64,000 nt of DNA from Candidatus Micrarchaeota archaeon (GCA_037444485.1 JBBIMI010000002.1:9794-73793), one strand, 5' to 3'. Positions 37,679-48,715 are shown, counted from the stretch's first letter. The notes: generated from the letters alone by a model not told the origin. Made by a program: numbers and translations.

Positions 37679-37757
37679 AACACGAGTTTTTCATTTTTCA
37701 GCTTTTCGATTTTTTGATTTTTTGATTTTTTCAAGTTTTTAATAAAGTTGGTGTGAA

Positions 37758-39944
37758 ATGGCGAGAAAAGAAGTAGTGGTCGAAGAAGTAGTAAAACTCA
37801 TGAAAACGCGTGAACGCATTCGCAACATCGGAATCGTGGCGCACGTCGACCACGGCAAAACCACGCTCAGCGACTCGCTTGTCGCGCGTGCCGGATTGAT
37901 TTCGAAAGAACTAGCAGGCGAACAACGCGTTCTAGATTACGACGAGCAAGAGCAAGCCCGCGGAATCACGATTAAAGCCGCGAACATCTCGCTTGGCTTC
38001 AACTACAAAAACGCGGATTACCTCATCAACTTAATAGACACTCCGGGCCACGTTGACTTCGGCGGGCACGTCACGCGCGCGATGCGCGCGGTCGACGGAG
38101 TGATTCTCGTCGTCGACAGCGTTGAAGGAGTCATGCCTCAAACAGAGACCGTGCTGCGGCAGGCGTTGAAGGAGAAGGTAAGGCCCGTGTTGTTCGTAAA
38201 CAAAATCGATCGCTTGATAAACGAACTCAAACTCGACGCGAAAGGCATGCAAGACCGCTTCGTAAAAATCATTACTGGAATCAACAAGCTTATCGGGAAT
38301 TACGGCCCGCCTGAATTCAAGAAGGATTGGGAAATCAAGGTCGAAAAAGGCAACGTTGCGTTCGGAACAGGATTCCACAAGTGGGCGATTAGTTTTCCCA
38401 TGATGAAAGCCACTGGGATCAGTTTTCAAGACATTTACAAGTACTGCACCGAGGGAAACCACGCTGAACTCCAGAAGCGAGCGCCGGTAGACGAAGTGAT
38501 TCTTGAAATGGTCATAACCCACTTGCCGTCGCCGCTTGAAGCGCAGAAGTACCGCATTCCAGTTATTTGGCACGGTGATTTGGAAAGCGCTCACGGCAAG
38601 GCTATGACTTCATGCGACGCTAGCGGCAAAGCGTGTTTCATGGTCACCGCGATTCAAATCGACGAGCACGCTGGAGACGTCGCAGTAGGCCGCCTTTACT
38701 CCGGAACACTCAGGAAAGGCAGCGAGGTATACCTCGCCTCGCAATACAAGACAGAAAAACTCCAGGGAGTTGCAGTATACATGGGCCCGGACCGAGTGCT
38801 CGTCGACGAAGCAACTGCGGGCAACATTGTCGCGTTAATCGGCTTGAAGGAGGTTTACGCGGGCGAAACTATTTCCGAAGGCGTAATCGAAGCTTTCGAG
38901 AAAATCAAGCACTATAGCGAGCCGGTAGTCACTAAAAGCGTTGAGGCGAAAAACCCACGCGATTTAGTAAAACTAATCGAAGTGCTGAGAAAAATCGCGA
39001 AGGAAGACCCTACAATTAAAGTTGAAATCAATCAAGAGACAGGCGAACACTTGTTGAGCGGAATGGGAGAACTACACCTCGAAATCATCGAATACAAAAT
39101 CAGGAACGAACGCAAAGTTGAAATCGAAACCAGTCCGCCAATCGTCGTTTACCACGAGACGATTCTCGCGAAAGGACCGGAACTCGAAGGAAAATCTCCA
39201 AACAAACACAACAAGTTCAAGGTCATCGTCGAACCAATCGAGGAAAGCGTCCTAACAGCATTACAGGAAGGTGAAGTAGACGAAAAAACGAAAGGCAAAG
39301 ACCTCGTAGAAAAACTCTTGAAAGCGGGTTTGCCGCGAGACCAAGCGAAAAACGTAATGCGCGTTTACAACAAGAACCTGTTCATAGATGCTACGAAAGG
39401 CGTGCAATACCTTCAAGACATTAAAGAACTCCTCATAAACGGCTTCGAGCAAGCAATGGACCAAGGTCCTCTCGCGAAAGAAAAATGTGTTGGCGTCAAA
39501 GTCCTGCTCACCGACGCGAGTATTCACGTAGACCCAGCACACCGCGGGCCAAGCCAAATCATTCCAGCTGTGCGAAGACCAATTTATGCAGGAATGCTCC
39601 AATCGCGCTGCGTGCTGCTTGAACCAAAACAAAAACTTTTTATAAACTCGCCTAACGAATACATGAGCTCCATAATCGCACTCGTTCAGGCCCGCCGCGG
39701 ACAGATTCTCAACATAACGCAAGAAGGAGAAGCTGTTTCAATCAACTCTAAAGTGCCGGTAGCCGAAATGTTCGGGTTCGCTAACGAAATCCGCGGCGCA
39801 AGCCAAGGACGAGCAGCATGGTACTACGAGTACGCGGGTTACGAAAAACTGCCTGAAAGCCTGCAAGCGCAAATCATAGCGCAAATCCGCAAGCGCAAAG
39901 GCGAGCCTGAAACGCCGCCGACAGCCAAAGACTTTCTCGATTAA
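37758..39944 (+). CDS. fusA: Elongation factor 2
   Basis: AHVDHGKTT, RGITI, DTPGHVDF, NKID, diphthamide loop HVDPAHRG. Confidence 0.98.
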   Translation: MARKEVVVEEVVKLMKTRERIRNIGIVAHVDHGKTTLSDSLVARAGLISKELAGEQRVLDYDEQEQARGITIKAANISLGFNYKNADYLINLIDTPGHVDFGGHVTRAMRAVDGVILVVDSVEGVMPQTETVLRQALKEKVRPVLFVNKIDRLINELKLDAKGMQDRFVKIITGINKLIGNYGPPEFKKDWEIKVEKGNVAFGTGFHKWAISFPMMKATGISFQDIYKYCTEGNHAELQKRAPVDEVILEMVITHLPSPLEAQKYRIPVIWHGDLESAHGKAMTSCDASGKACFMVTAIQIDEHAGDVAVGRLYSGTLRKGSEVYLASQYKTEKLQGVAVYMGPDRVLVDEATAGNIVALIGLKEVYAGETISEGVIEAFEKIKHYSEPVVTKSVEAKNPRDLVKLIEVLRKIAKEDPTIKVEINQETGEHLLSGMGELHLEIIEYKIRNERKVEIETSPPIVVYHETILAKGPELEGKSPNKHNKFKVIVEPIEESVLTALQEGEVDEKTKGKDLVEKLLKAGLPRDQAKNVMRVYNKNLFIDATKGVQYLQDIKELLINGFEQAMDQGPLAKEKCVGVKVLLTDASIHVDPAHRGPSQIIPAVRRPIYAGMLQSRCVLLEPKQKLFINSPNEYMSSIIALVQARRGQILNITQEGEAVSINSKVPVAEMFGFANEIRGASQGRAAWYYEYAGYEKLPESLQAQIIAQIRKRKGEPETPPTAKDFLD

Positions 39945-40257
39945 AAAAGCGTTTGTTGAAACGCGTTTGCGCGCTTCAGTATTCCACGATTCAGCATTTC
40001 ACGCTTTAAACTATTCAACTATTGTTTTTCTTTCACTCTCGGCTTTAGGAGAATTGTTTTCGAAACTGTTTCCGCAAGACTGTTTTAAAGAAAGTGTTTT
40101 AAAGCCATTCAACCCCAAACATCTTAAAGTCTCAACAATTTAATGCTTAATTTAACGATTATCTTAATTTAACGATTATTTAACGATTATTGGAAAAAAA
40201 TTCTTGCGAAAGCCGGCGTCGGCGATAGTTTTATGACGGTAGCGTAGTGCTGAAACC

Positions 40258-40785
40258 ATGTTTTTTGAAGAAACCGAAAGAATAAAATCTAAAGAGAGGG
40301 TCAAGCATCCTGCAAGCGGGAAAAGACTTGACGATGCGGAAGAAACGACTTTATTAAGAAAACCACGCGACTCTAACAAAAAAATTATTGAGTACGAAAG
40401 CGTTTACGCCGCCAAACCATTCCCTTCAAAAGAAAAACTTAAAGAATTCAAAAAAAGCTTGATAAAAAAACTCAATGATTTAGGTTTAAAACACTCGGAG
40501 GATTACGGGGCAAAGGTAGTGCATTTGCTTAGCGTGTTGGAAGAAAAACACGAGGACGGACCTTTCGTGCGGGTTGCAGTCAGAACATACTTCCCGAACT
40601 ACAATCTACTGAAAGAATTAAGCCCAGAAGAATGGAGTAAGGCGTTCGAAAAAAAGCTTTACGAATACCATAATAAAGCAAAGCAAGAAACAAAAGCTTT
40701 GCTTGAAGAACGCGAAAAACAAGCGAAAGAATCGCTGAAAGAATTGTTGAAAAAACTGTTGAAGAAGTACCCGAAAAAATATTAA
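40258..40785 (+). CDS. Hypothetical Lys/Glu-rich protein
   Basis: 175-aa ORF with ATG start; no recognised motif. Confidence 0.6.
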   Translation: MFFEETERIKSKERVKHPASGKRLDDAEETTLLRKPRDSNKKIIEYESVYAAKPFPSKEKLKEFKKSLIKKLNDLGLKHSEDYGAKVVHLLSVLEEKHEDGPFVRVAVRTYFPNYNLLKELSPEEWSKAFEKKLYEYHNKAKQETKALLEEREKQAKESLKELLKKLLKKYPKKY

Positions 40786-41023
40786 TTATTTTTTCACAAT
40801 ACCACTAATTCTTCACAATACCACTAATTCTTTAAATACCCCTCGATAAAATATCCATAACAAGATTCTTATAATAAGCATTCTTGAAACACGCTTCAAA
40901 ATGCTTTTTAAACGCCAGTGCTTTCTCCGCTGCTCTGCTGCTGCTTTCTCCGCTGCTCTCTCTGCTGCTTTCTCCAGCGTTTTCTCCAACATTTTTTTCA
41001 CCGCGTTTTCTCCACTGTTTTGC

Positions 41024-42577
41024 TTAAGCTATTCCTTTCAGTCTGCCTGCTGCGAAACCACGGTCTAACGAGTTTATGAACGCCAGCAAACGCGGGCCTT
41101 GCTCGCGCCCGATGAACAGCAAGTAAGCGGCTTTAAAAAAGTCTTTCACTTGAACCTCGTTTTTTTCGCAAACGCGTTTTATTTCGGCGGACTGCGCGTC
41201 TTGGTCATCGTTTTTTTCGAAGAAAACCGCGAATTCGCTTAACGCTTTTTTCTGCGCTTGACTCAACGCCTTGTACCGGCTTTCAGCTTGGCGTTCGTCT
41301 AGAATCTTGAACTTTGCGTTTTCGGGCGCGAGCTTGTCTAGCCAGACGCGAGCGAAGCGTTCGCGCGCGTTGAGTTCTTTTTGTTCTTCCCGCGTTAGTG
41401 GAGCGCCTTTGTGCGCTTCGAAGACTTTCTTTACGTTCACGCCAGGCACTTGAATGACTGCGGCTATGAACTGGAACGACGGGAGGAATAATTCTCTTGA
41501 TTTTTTTGTACTCGTTTGCGATAATGCGAAAATGCGTGGAACGTCTGGATCGCGGTCGCTTTCTTTTCCGAAGAAAACGCGTGCTGCGTGGTCGTAGTCT
41601 TCAAACAAGCGCGGAATCGTTTCACCTTCTGGAGTGAAGTTGATTGCGGTCGCGGGTTTGAAGCGGGTCATTAAAAAGCGCAGCAACTGCGGCGGCAGGA
41701 TTTCGCTTACTTCCCGCGCGCTTGCGCCGAGTCCCTTTGAGGAAGACATTTTTTTTCCGCCGACTAGAAAAAATTCGTATGGCACTTCAAGCGGCGGCTC
41801 GCGTTTGAATACTTCCCGCATTACTGCGCTTGAAACATCCCGCGCGCCGCCTGCAGTAAAGTGGTCTTTGCCTGCGCCTTCAATCGTCACATTGAAACGC
41901 ATCCATTGCAGGACCCACTCTAGCTTCCAAACGCATTTGCCGCCGCCGTTGAACGGCGAACGCTCGCCCTCGTGCCCGCAGCCTTCCGCCCACTCCACCA
42001 TTCTAGGCTCGCACTTGTACTTGACTTTCTTGCCGTCGAAATCGAAAACGCGGGTGGTGCCTATTTTGCCGCATTCCTCGCAAATCACGTTGAAGGGAAG
42101 CCAGTCTTCTGGTTTTACTGAACCGCTAATGCGTTTGTAAATCTCTCGGATTTTCCCAGCGTTCTCCAAAACCGTTTTGATGAAGTTGTTGAGTTCGCCG
42201 CGCTTATACAACTCGCTCATTTTATAGATTTTCGGTTTTGCGCCGAGTTTCTCGAAAACCTCCCGGAATTCGTTGAAGTAGTAATCCGCGTAATTGCCGT
42301 TTCCGTCAGGCGCCGGAATCTCGCTTAAAGGCATTCCCGTGAACTGCGCGTATTTTTCTTTTGGGAGGTAGGTTGGCAGCGAATCCATTGGGTCGAAATC
42401 GTCGTTCCCGTAAATAAAAACCGCTTGGCGTCCCGCGTCTTTCAAAGCACGGTAAATCACGTCGTGAATCACGACGCCCCGCAGCGCGCCCACGTGAACG
42501 CGTCCGCTAGGCGTTTTCGAATCGTTGACTACTTGTTTCCCTGAAACTTTTTCTGCAATCTGGTCAGCCCAAAACAT
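41024..42577 (-). CDS. lysS: Lysyl-tRNA synthetase, class I
   Basis: FWAD, TPSGRVHVG, GKDH, KMSSSKG, GPRL. Confidence 0.97.
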   Translation of the reverse strand: MFWADQIAEKVSGKQVVNDSKTPSGRVHVGALRGVVIHDVIYRALKDAGRQAVFIYGNDDFDPMDSLPTYLPKEKYAQFTGMPLSEIPAPDGNGNYADYYFNEFREVFEKLGAKPKIYKMSELYKRGELNNFIKTVLENAGKIREIYKRISGSVKPEDWLPFNVICEECGKIGTTRVFDFDGKKVKYKCEPRMVEWAEGCGHEGERSPFNGGGKCVWKLEWVLQWMRFNVTIEGAGKDHFTAGGARDVSSAVMREVFKREPPLEVPYEFFLVGGKKMSSSKGLGASAREVSEILPPQLLRFLMTRFKPATAINFTPEGETIPRLFEDYDHAARVFFGKESDRDPDVPRIFALSQTSTKKSRELFLPSFQFIAAVIQVPGVNVKKVFEAHKGAPLTREEQKELNARERFARVWLDKLAPENAKFKILDERQAESRYKALSQAQKKALSEFAVFFEKNDDQDAQSAEIKRVCEKNEVQVKDFFKAAYLLFIGREQGPRLLAFINSLDRGFAAGRLKGIA

Positions 42578-43126
42578 TCCCTCTACTCCATTGTTTTTTT
42601 AACCATAATTAAAACATTTTACTGAATAAAAGTTTGAATGAAAATTGTTTAAAGTAATTTTTGATGTCTTCGTTGATGTCTTCGCGGTCGGTAACCTGTT
42701 TTCATGCCCTGGCCGGCCGCAAGATTAACAAAATAAATCCAGTTATCGATTTCGATTCCGCAGTAATTTTCGCCGTGGTTTTCACCGTAATTTTTCGCTG
42801 TGTTTGGCGGATTATTCCATTGAGTGACAATAATCAACTCTTGCCGCCGCACTCGAGTGGTTTTTCACGATTTCGTTAGTTGGGCGTAGAATTCTTTGTT
42901 TTCCTTCAAGTGCCCGGCAACGATTTTTTGTGTCTTTCTACTCGGCTATCAAGGAAACCCTGCGTTTTATCTTCAACCTTTTTTTCTGCACCTCAAAAAT
43001 TGCTTCCGCGTGTGGTTTGCAACTCATTCCATTATTTCGTTAATGCTTGTTTTCGGCTTTGCCGCCTGCGCTACGATGTTGAAGCACGACGATTCGCTGC
43101 GGTTCGCTGACCTTGAGTTTGTTTCA

Positions 43127-44293
43127 TTACGGCTGCACCCACTCTATCTCGTAGTACTCGTACTTGCTGCGCGGGAGTTCGATTCGCTTGACTCTATAGT
43201 AAGTAATGCTAGTCTCGCGGTCGCAAATCGAGAGAATCAAGTCGAGTCCGAGTTCCTTCGCGCGTTCGAGCGCGCGCGCAAGTTCAGCTCCACCTATTTC
43301 TTCCTCTTCGCTTAACGCGAGCATCACGAACCTTGGCTTTCCGTTTTTTGGCGTTTCGGGCACGCCCTTCGCCCTGTGGTAAAGCAGGAAATCGAGTTCT
43401 TCTTCCTGCACTCGCTTGCTTCCTGGAATCGCTAGAATGAATGTCTTCTTCACTCCGTGAGCAACGCGAATGGCGCGCGCCCACTCGCTGATTATCATCT
43501 TGCTTTCTCTCGGAAAAACGTGAATCACGTGGCGCGAGTGCATCCACTCACCCTCGCCGAGCGAAGGCGCTGCTCCAGGAAAATAGAGGCGGAAATGCGT
43601 GCCGAACTTGAAGCCTGTCTTGACGATGAAGCCATGCAAACGCCAGTCTTCATACACTTCGTAAAGCGCTTTGAAGTCCAGCCTGCGCTTAAGTGCTTCC
43701 TTCTCCAAACGCTTTTCTTTCACGTTACACTGCATGCCGCAGTGTTTCATCAAGAAAAGCGTTTCGTAAGCGTCGAGCTTGAGAAAACGACCGTGCTTCT
43801 TGGCTTTGTAAGTTCCGTATTGTCCAAACCAATAGTTTTCGTAAAGTCTTTGGCCCTCCCTCTCGTCGTCAATCACGCTCATTAAATCATCGAAAAAAAA
43901 CAAGGCTTTCACAGCAACGCGGGGCGCGGAAAAATCTTTACTCGGGTATTTTACAACAGGACTAAGGCCGTAATTCCCATGCGCCTCACTAATCGGCCGA
44001 AGAACGAGCCCACGGTCTCGCCAGTCACGGTAGCAAAAGTAGCGAGCGAGAAACTTTTTACCGTACTCAAATTTTTCAGCGACTTGGTTGAACGAAAGCT
44101 TTTTCCCGTTTCTCTCGCACGACGCGTTCCGCACATCAATCAAGTAAAGCGCTTCCTCTGGAGTGAGAATCAATTCAGTCTTCTTGCCCGCGTGCTCGCG
44201 CCCGAAAAACCCTTTGTCTAGAGCCTGCACGCTAATCAAGTCTTTGACTAGAATTTCGTCATTCACTATCTCGAGGGAAACACCCACTCGCAA
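43127..44293 (-). CDS. endA: tRNA splicing endonuclease, three-unit epsilon2 type
   Basis: 388 aa; two units with EALYL/ETLFL and DWR-RG/HG; catalytic unit KTGFKFGTHFRLY..HS..AHGVKK; GTYK loop; terminal beta unit DRETSITYY. Confidence 0.9.
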   Translation of the reverse strand: MRVGVSLEIVNDEILVKDLISVQALDKGFFGREHAGKKTELILTPEEALYLIDVRNASCERNGKKLSFNQVAEKFEYGKKFLARYFCYRDWRDRGLVLRPISEAHGNYGLSPVVKYPSKDFSAPRVAVKALFFFDDLMSVIDDEREGQRLYENYWFGQYGTYKAKKHGRFLKLDAYETLFLMKHCGMQCNVKEKRLEKEALKRRLDFKALYEVYEDWRLHGFIVKTGFKFGTHFRLYFPGAAPSLGEGEWMHSRHVIHVFPRESKMIISEWARAIRVAHGVKKTFILAIPGSKRVQEEELDFLLYHRAKGVPETPKNGKPRFVMLALSEEEEIGGAELARALERAKELGLDLILSICDRETSITYYRVKRIELPRSKYEYYEIEWVQP

Positions 44294-44488
44294 AACCCCT
44301 GCGTCAAAACGAAATCATTGATTTTATGAAACCAAATAAAATTTTATAGAACAAAATAAATAAAGAACTTTCTTTTCAGCGTAACACGCTGCCAAAACGC
44401 ATTGTTTAAAACCACGCCCGCATTAAAACCCTATACAATTCAAGTATATAGACTATTCCAGTATTTGACTATTCCAGTATTTTCAACA

Positions 44489-45175
44489 GTGAAAAAAAAA
44501 GTGAAGTTATTCAAGCACGGTGAAGTGCTCGCAATCGTGATGCCGGAATCGCTGCGCGTGAAGACAGGCGCAAAGGAAGGCGACGATTACTCTTGGTTTG
44601 AAGCCGAGCCAGGAGTTTTCGTTCTCGTCGAAAAAACGCGTTTGAATGACTTGGCGCGCCAAGGTGCTGTCGCAGCGCTCGCAAGCAAACTCGCCGGTGC
44701 GCAGACGCAAGCCCGCGAAACGCAAACCAACGAAACACAAACGCAACGCGAAGCGCCTGTTGTAACGCGCGCGAGCGAAGTTTCGGTTGTTCCGCAAGCG
44801 AGCGCTGGAGCGCGCGCGAGAGAAGCCGGGGCAAAAAACTTGATTCAAGAATTGAATTCGAATGGTTTTCTAGTTATTTCGAGTGAGGTTGACGCGAAGG
44901 AAGCCAGCACGCGTTTAGAGAGGGAAGTCAAAGCAGGCAGGGTGTTGGGAGTAAGGGGTTTCGACAAAAAGTATTACGTGGTCACACGCGAGTTTTATGA
45001 CGCGTTAAGCAGGAAACTGTCGAAAGCGCTTTCTGAAAAAAGAGAGGCTGACATTTTCAAGTTAAGTGAATCTGTTAAAGCACCTCAGGAAGCTTGCATC
45101 GCGGTTCTCTACTTGATGAAGGAGGAAGGCGAAGTTATAGAACGCAGGCGCGGCTTCTTCACTCTAGTTGAATAG
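44489..45175 (+). CDS. AbrB/MazE-like N-terminal domain protein with possible C-terminal winged helix
   Basis: FKHGEVLAIVMPESLR...KEGD; C-terminal LYLMKEEGEVIE; start uncertain. Confidence 0.65.
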   Translation: MKKKVKLFKHGEVLAIVMPESLRVKTGAKEGDDYSWFEAEPGVFVLVEKTRLNDLARQGAVAALASKLAGAQTQARETQTNETQTQREAPVVTRASEVSVVPQASAGARAREAGAKNLIQELNSNGFLVISSEVDAKEASTRLEREVKAGRVLGVRGFDKKYYVVTREFYDALSRKLSKALSEKREADIFKLSESVKAPQEACIAVLYLMKEEGEVIERRRGFFTLVE

Positions 45176-45376
45176 GCGCTCTACGAGGTAAGTCTTGGCG
45201 GTGAAGCCTAAAACATTTATGCCCTCTATTAGGCTGAAAACAATTAAGAATAGATTATTGGAAATTAGTAGATTGAAAATTAGTAGATTGCAAGTTAATA
45301 GTTAAGCTAGATTGAAAATTAATAGTTAAGTCGGAAATTAATAGTTAAACCGACAGTTTTCGGACAGGTTTTCGAA

Positions 45377-45853
45377 TTGGTTGACTACGTTTCCATCGCG
45401 TTGTCTTTAATTCAGTCTTACGGGTTAGTCGGCTTGCTCGCGTTGTCTTTCCTTTCAGCTTCGCTAGTGCCTTTCCCGCCAGAGCCATTCATAATCGCGG
45501 GCCTCGTTTTCTTCGACCCGCTGCTCGTATTCGTTGTAGTAGTGGCCGGCGCGCTTGTTTCAGCATGCGTGAATTACTACGCTGGCTTGAAGGGATTGAA
45601 TTGGTTTCTCGTCCGACGCAGCAGCGAAGGCGAACTAAAAGCTGAAGAGTGGTTCAAAAAATGGGGTCCTCACGCGCTTCTCGTCTCGCCGTGGATTCCG
45701 TTTGTGGGAGACTTGTTTCCCATAGTGGCAGGCGCGTTGAGAATGAAGTTTAAAGTGTTTTTCTCGCTCGCGTTCGCCGCGCGCATGGTGAAAACCGCTG
45801 TCGTCGTGCTAGTCGGAATGGGCTTGCTGTCGTTCTTGAAGCCGCTAGCTTGA
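45377..45853 (+). CDS. DedA/VTT (YqaA-like) membrane protein
   Basis: FLSASLVPFPPE, VNYYAG, WIPFVGD, AGALRM. Confidence 0.9.
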   Translation: MVDYVSIALSLIQSYGLVGLLALSFLSASLVPFPPEPFIIAGLVFFDPLLVFVVVVAGALVSACVNYYAGLKGLNWFLVRRSSEGELKAEEWFKKWGPHALLVSPWIPFVGDLFPIVAGALRMKFKVFFSLAFAARMVKTAVVVLVGMGLLSFLKPLA

Positions 45854-46098
45854 AGAAAGTGATGCAGCTTCAAAAATGGATTGTTTGCAGAATTAGTTCT
45901 ATGACGATGACTGCGACCGCAAACGCGATTATTGCTTTTGGGTCGAGCAGAATGTTGCTCGCTGTGACGTCGTAAAACCTTATGAGTCCAGTGCTGCTGC
46001 TTGGAGCTCGAATTTGTTCGCTTGGCATTCCGATTTTTCACGCCTGTTATTAAAAGGTTACACAAGTTTTTTTAACTCTCATTCTTTTAAACCTTGTC

Positions 46099-47088
46099 AT
46101 GACGGACGGCATTGCTGGCTTGAAACGCGAACTCCCACACGTTCTAGTTCTCGTTATTCTAGTCATAGTAATTCTCGTGCTCTTAACGAAATTCCAGTGG
46201 ATTCACTGCACGCAAGTGCCTGGAAACTGGTGTCAAATCTACTGCGATTACATCATGCAAGCGCACTCGCGAGTCGCCATAATCTCTGATTCTGCTGCAG
46301 GCGGGATTGGAGACGCGTACGCGCTTGAAACGCTGATACGCAGAATGCGGCCTTCAACTTACGTTGAACCCTTGCCGCGCGACGCGTTGAGTATAGGCGC
46401 AATTAAGGGATACGATTTGATTGTTCTTGAACAAATGCGTAAAATCACTTTCGGGCAAGCGCGGGCGATTGACGAGTTCGTGAAACGCGGTGGAACGCTG
46501 TTATGGATTGGGGATGCTGCTTCAGAGTATTACATTGACGAGAATGACTTGGCAGCAGAATTGCAGCGAATCACGAAAAGCGACGAGCAAGCGGCCTTCG
46601 CTTCTAAAGATTATCCTGTCCTGAAAGACATCAAGTACTTAAACAATTCTTGGTACGACACTTCAAAAAAACAATTCGTTTCACGCGACGAAGTGGATGC
46701 CTTGATAAGAAAATGGAAGGAATGGCATCTGCTTAACGTAGTCAACAAGACGAAGGGCTTCGGACTCCTCGAAAAAGCGTTGGGTGCGAAATTCGTCCGA
46801 ACTGAAACAACCGCAACGCCGGTTTTCTTTAAGGCGTTGTTGCCAGACAACATCCTGCTGAAAGGCTTGAAGCCTGAATTCCAGACTACTGCCACACAAT
46901 TCGCGGTCGTGAGCGAAAACCCGGCGCTCGTCACGCGAATCGCTGCACTCAAAAGCGGTGGGAAAGAATACACAGGAATCTTTGAAACCCGTTACGCAGG
47001 CAAAATCGTTTACGTCGCATTCGCGCTTGAAAACGTGAATTCGACTACTTTCTTCCAAAACTTGTTCGACTACCTCGTCACTTGTTAA
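46099..47088 (+). CDS. Membrane-anchored protein with class I glutamine-amidotransferase-like fold
   Basis: N-terminal TM; YDLIVL...IDEFVKRGGTLLWIGDA; C-terminal GKIVYVAF. Confidence 0.65.
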   Translation: MTDGIAGLKRELPHVLVLVILVIVILVLLTKFQWIHCTQVPGNWCQIYCDYIMQAHSRVAIISDSAAGGIGDAYALETLIRRMRPSTYVEPLPRDALSIGAIKGYDLIVLEQMRKITFGQARAIDEFVKRGGTLLWIGDAASEYYIDENDLAAELQRITKSDEQAAFASKDYPVLKDIKYLNNSWYDTSKKQFVSRDEVDALIRKWKEWHLLNVVNKTKGFGLLEKALGAKFVRTETTATPVFFKALLPDNILLKGLKPEFQTTATQFAVVSENPALVTRIAALKSGGKEYTGIFETRYAGKIVYVAFALENVNSTTFFQNLFDYLVTC

Positions 47089-47237
47089 ACGAAAACCTAA
47101 CTGGTGTGGGACTTGACTATCGCTGGACTTGTTTGTAAAAAAGGTTTTTAAATAGGGTTTCACCAATAACATTAAAAACTTTGCTTGAAAAAAGTGTTTG
47201 AAAAAAGTTTGAAAAAAAGAGAAGGGTGGTGCTTTAA

Positions 47238-48062
47238 ATGAAGAGACGCGGACAAGTTGGCTACGAAGGGGGGCGGAGTTACCGCGAAAGCCTGATTCCA
47301 CTTATCCTAATAGTAATACTCGCAATTTTCATCGCGGGCAAGTTCGGTTGGATCGACTTACACTCTATTCCAGTGATAGGCGGCTTATTCCCGGCGCCCT
47401 ACATTAAAGTAGTAGTCATCGGCCGCGCTTCCCCAGCAATGGAAGCACTACTCAAGGCAGAAGACTACCGCATTGCAGGAATCACTTACGTTGGCTCGCT
47501 AACGCAAGAAGTAGTTTTCCCTGGGACGCTTAACAACTTCGACATAATCATTCTTCAAGGGCAAACAGTGTGCGACCGGACCGCACGCAAAGTGATTGCA
47601 GACCGCGTGAAGGGAGGCGCTAAGCTCATAATCGTGCGCGACGCTTGCACGCGCGTTAACGACGACCCTAACGCGATCGGATGGGATATAGGCATTGGTT
47701 CTCTAGGCGACGTCACTCCAGTCAAGTACGGCGGCGTTCTCGCGCACGAGCGCACCGGCCGCGTGAGCGAATTCGCTACTGGTCGCTTTAAGATAGTTTC
47801 TCCAGACCACCCTATTTTCAACGGAATCGTTAACTACAACTTTCAAGACGTTGTTACAGTAGTCTACCCGCAAGCGAACGCTGAAGTGCTTGCCTACGTG
47901 GACCAATACTACGGGCGCCCGACCGCGCCTGCTACTTACGCGATAATTGAAAGCAAAGGCCTTTTGGCAGGCAAAACGCTTTACTTTGCTTTCGACCCGG
48001 CGACTGGCTCAAGAAACTTGTTCTTGAACGCGTTGCTCTACATGCGCGGCGCGAAAGGGTAA
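47238..48062 (+). CDS. Paralogous membrane-anchored GATase-like-fold protein
   Basis: N-terminal TM; FDIIIL...VKGGAKLIIVRDA; HPIFNG; GKTLYFAFD. Confidence 0.65.
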   Translation: MKRRGQVGYEGGRSYRESLIPLILIVILAIFIAGKFGWIDLHSIPVIGGLFPAPYIKVVVIGRASPAMEALLKAEDYRIAGITYVGSLTQEVVFPGTLNNFDIIILQGQTVCDRTARKVIADRVKGGAKLIIVRDACTRVNDDPNAIGWDIGIGSLGDVTPVKYGGVLAHERTGRVSEFATGRFKIVSPDHPIFNGIVNYNFQDVVTVVYPQANAEVLAYVDQYYGRPTAPATYAIIESKGLLAGKTLYFAFDPATGSRNLFLNALLYMRGAKG

Positions 48063-48130
48063 AACGAATAACTTTCTTTTCTTTTTTTTTCCAAAGTTTC
48101 CTTAAAAATAAAGCAAATTGGTGGTTTAGG

Positions 48131-48598
48131 ATAATAATAGGTTTAGACGCTGGCGCTTGGACTGCTTTTGCAGCAGTAGACCTCGAAGGCAAAGTCGCTG
48201 CACTCGAAAGCAAAAAAAACTGGAGTTTAAAGCAAGTAATCGAATGCGCCGCACGCTTCAACCCAATCGCGGTCGCGTGCGACACAAACCCACCGTCAAA
48301 GCAAGCGCGCAAACTCGCAACAGCGTTTTCCGCGAAACTCATTTTTCCAAAACACTCGCTCACCCTAGTAGAAAAAACCCGTCTTGCCGTGAATTCAGTA
48401 ATCAAAACGCGCAACAGCCACGAGCGGGACGCAGTCGCCGCAGCACTCAAAGCATTCCACTTGCTTGAAAACAAGTTGCGGCAAGTGCGCAGAAAACTCG
48501 AGCGAACAGAACGCATAAACGAAATCACGATAGCCAGCGAACGCGTTCTGCACGGTGAACGCATATCCGACGTTCTCCTTAAAAGAAAACGATTTTAA
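48131..48598 (+). CDS. DUF460-family RNase H-like protein (probable ATA start)
   Basis: IIIGLDAG, AAVDLEG, VACDTNP, NSHERDAVAAA; GGTGG 6 nt before ATA, no nearby in-frame ATG/GTG/TTG. Confidence 0.8.
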   Translation: MIIGLDAGAWTAFAAVDLEGKVAALESKKNWSLKQVIECAARFNPIAVACDTNPPSKQARKLATAFSAKLIFPKHSLTLVEKTRLAVNSVIKTRNSHERDAVAAALKAFHLLENKLRQVRRKLERTERINEITIASERVLHGERISDVLLKRKRF

Positions 48599-48715
48599 AA
48601 CTCCGAACATAAAATAAAATAGCGTTACACTAGCGTTTTAACGCACAGTCACCGCAATCAAAAAAAATCAAACTAAAACAAAAAAAACAAATGCAACGAA
48701 TGGAGGGAGAAAAGA

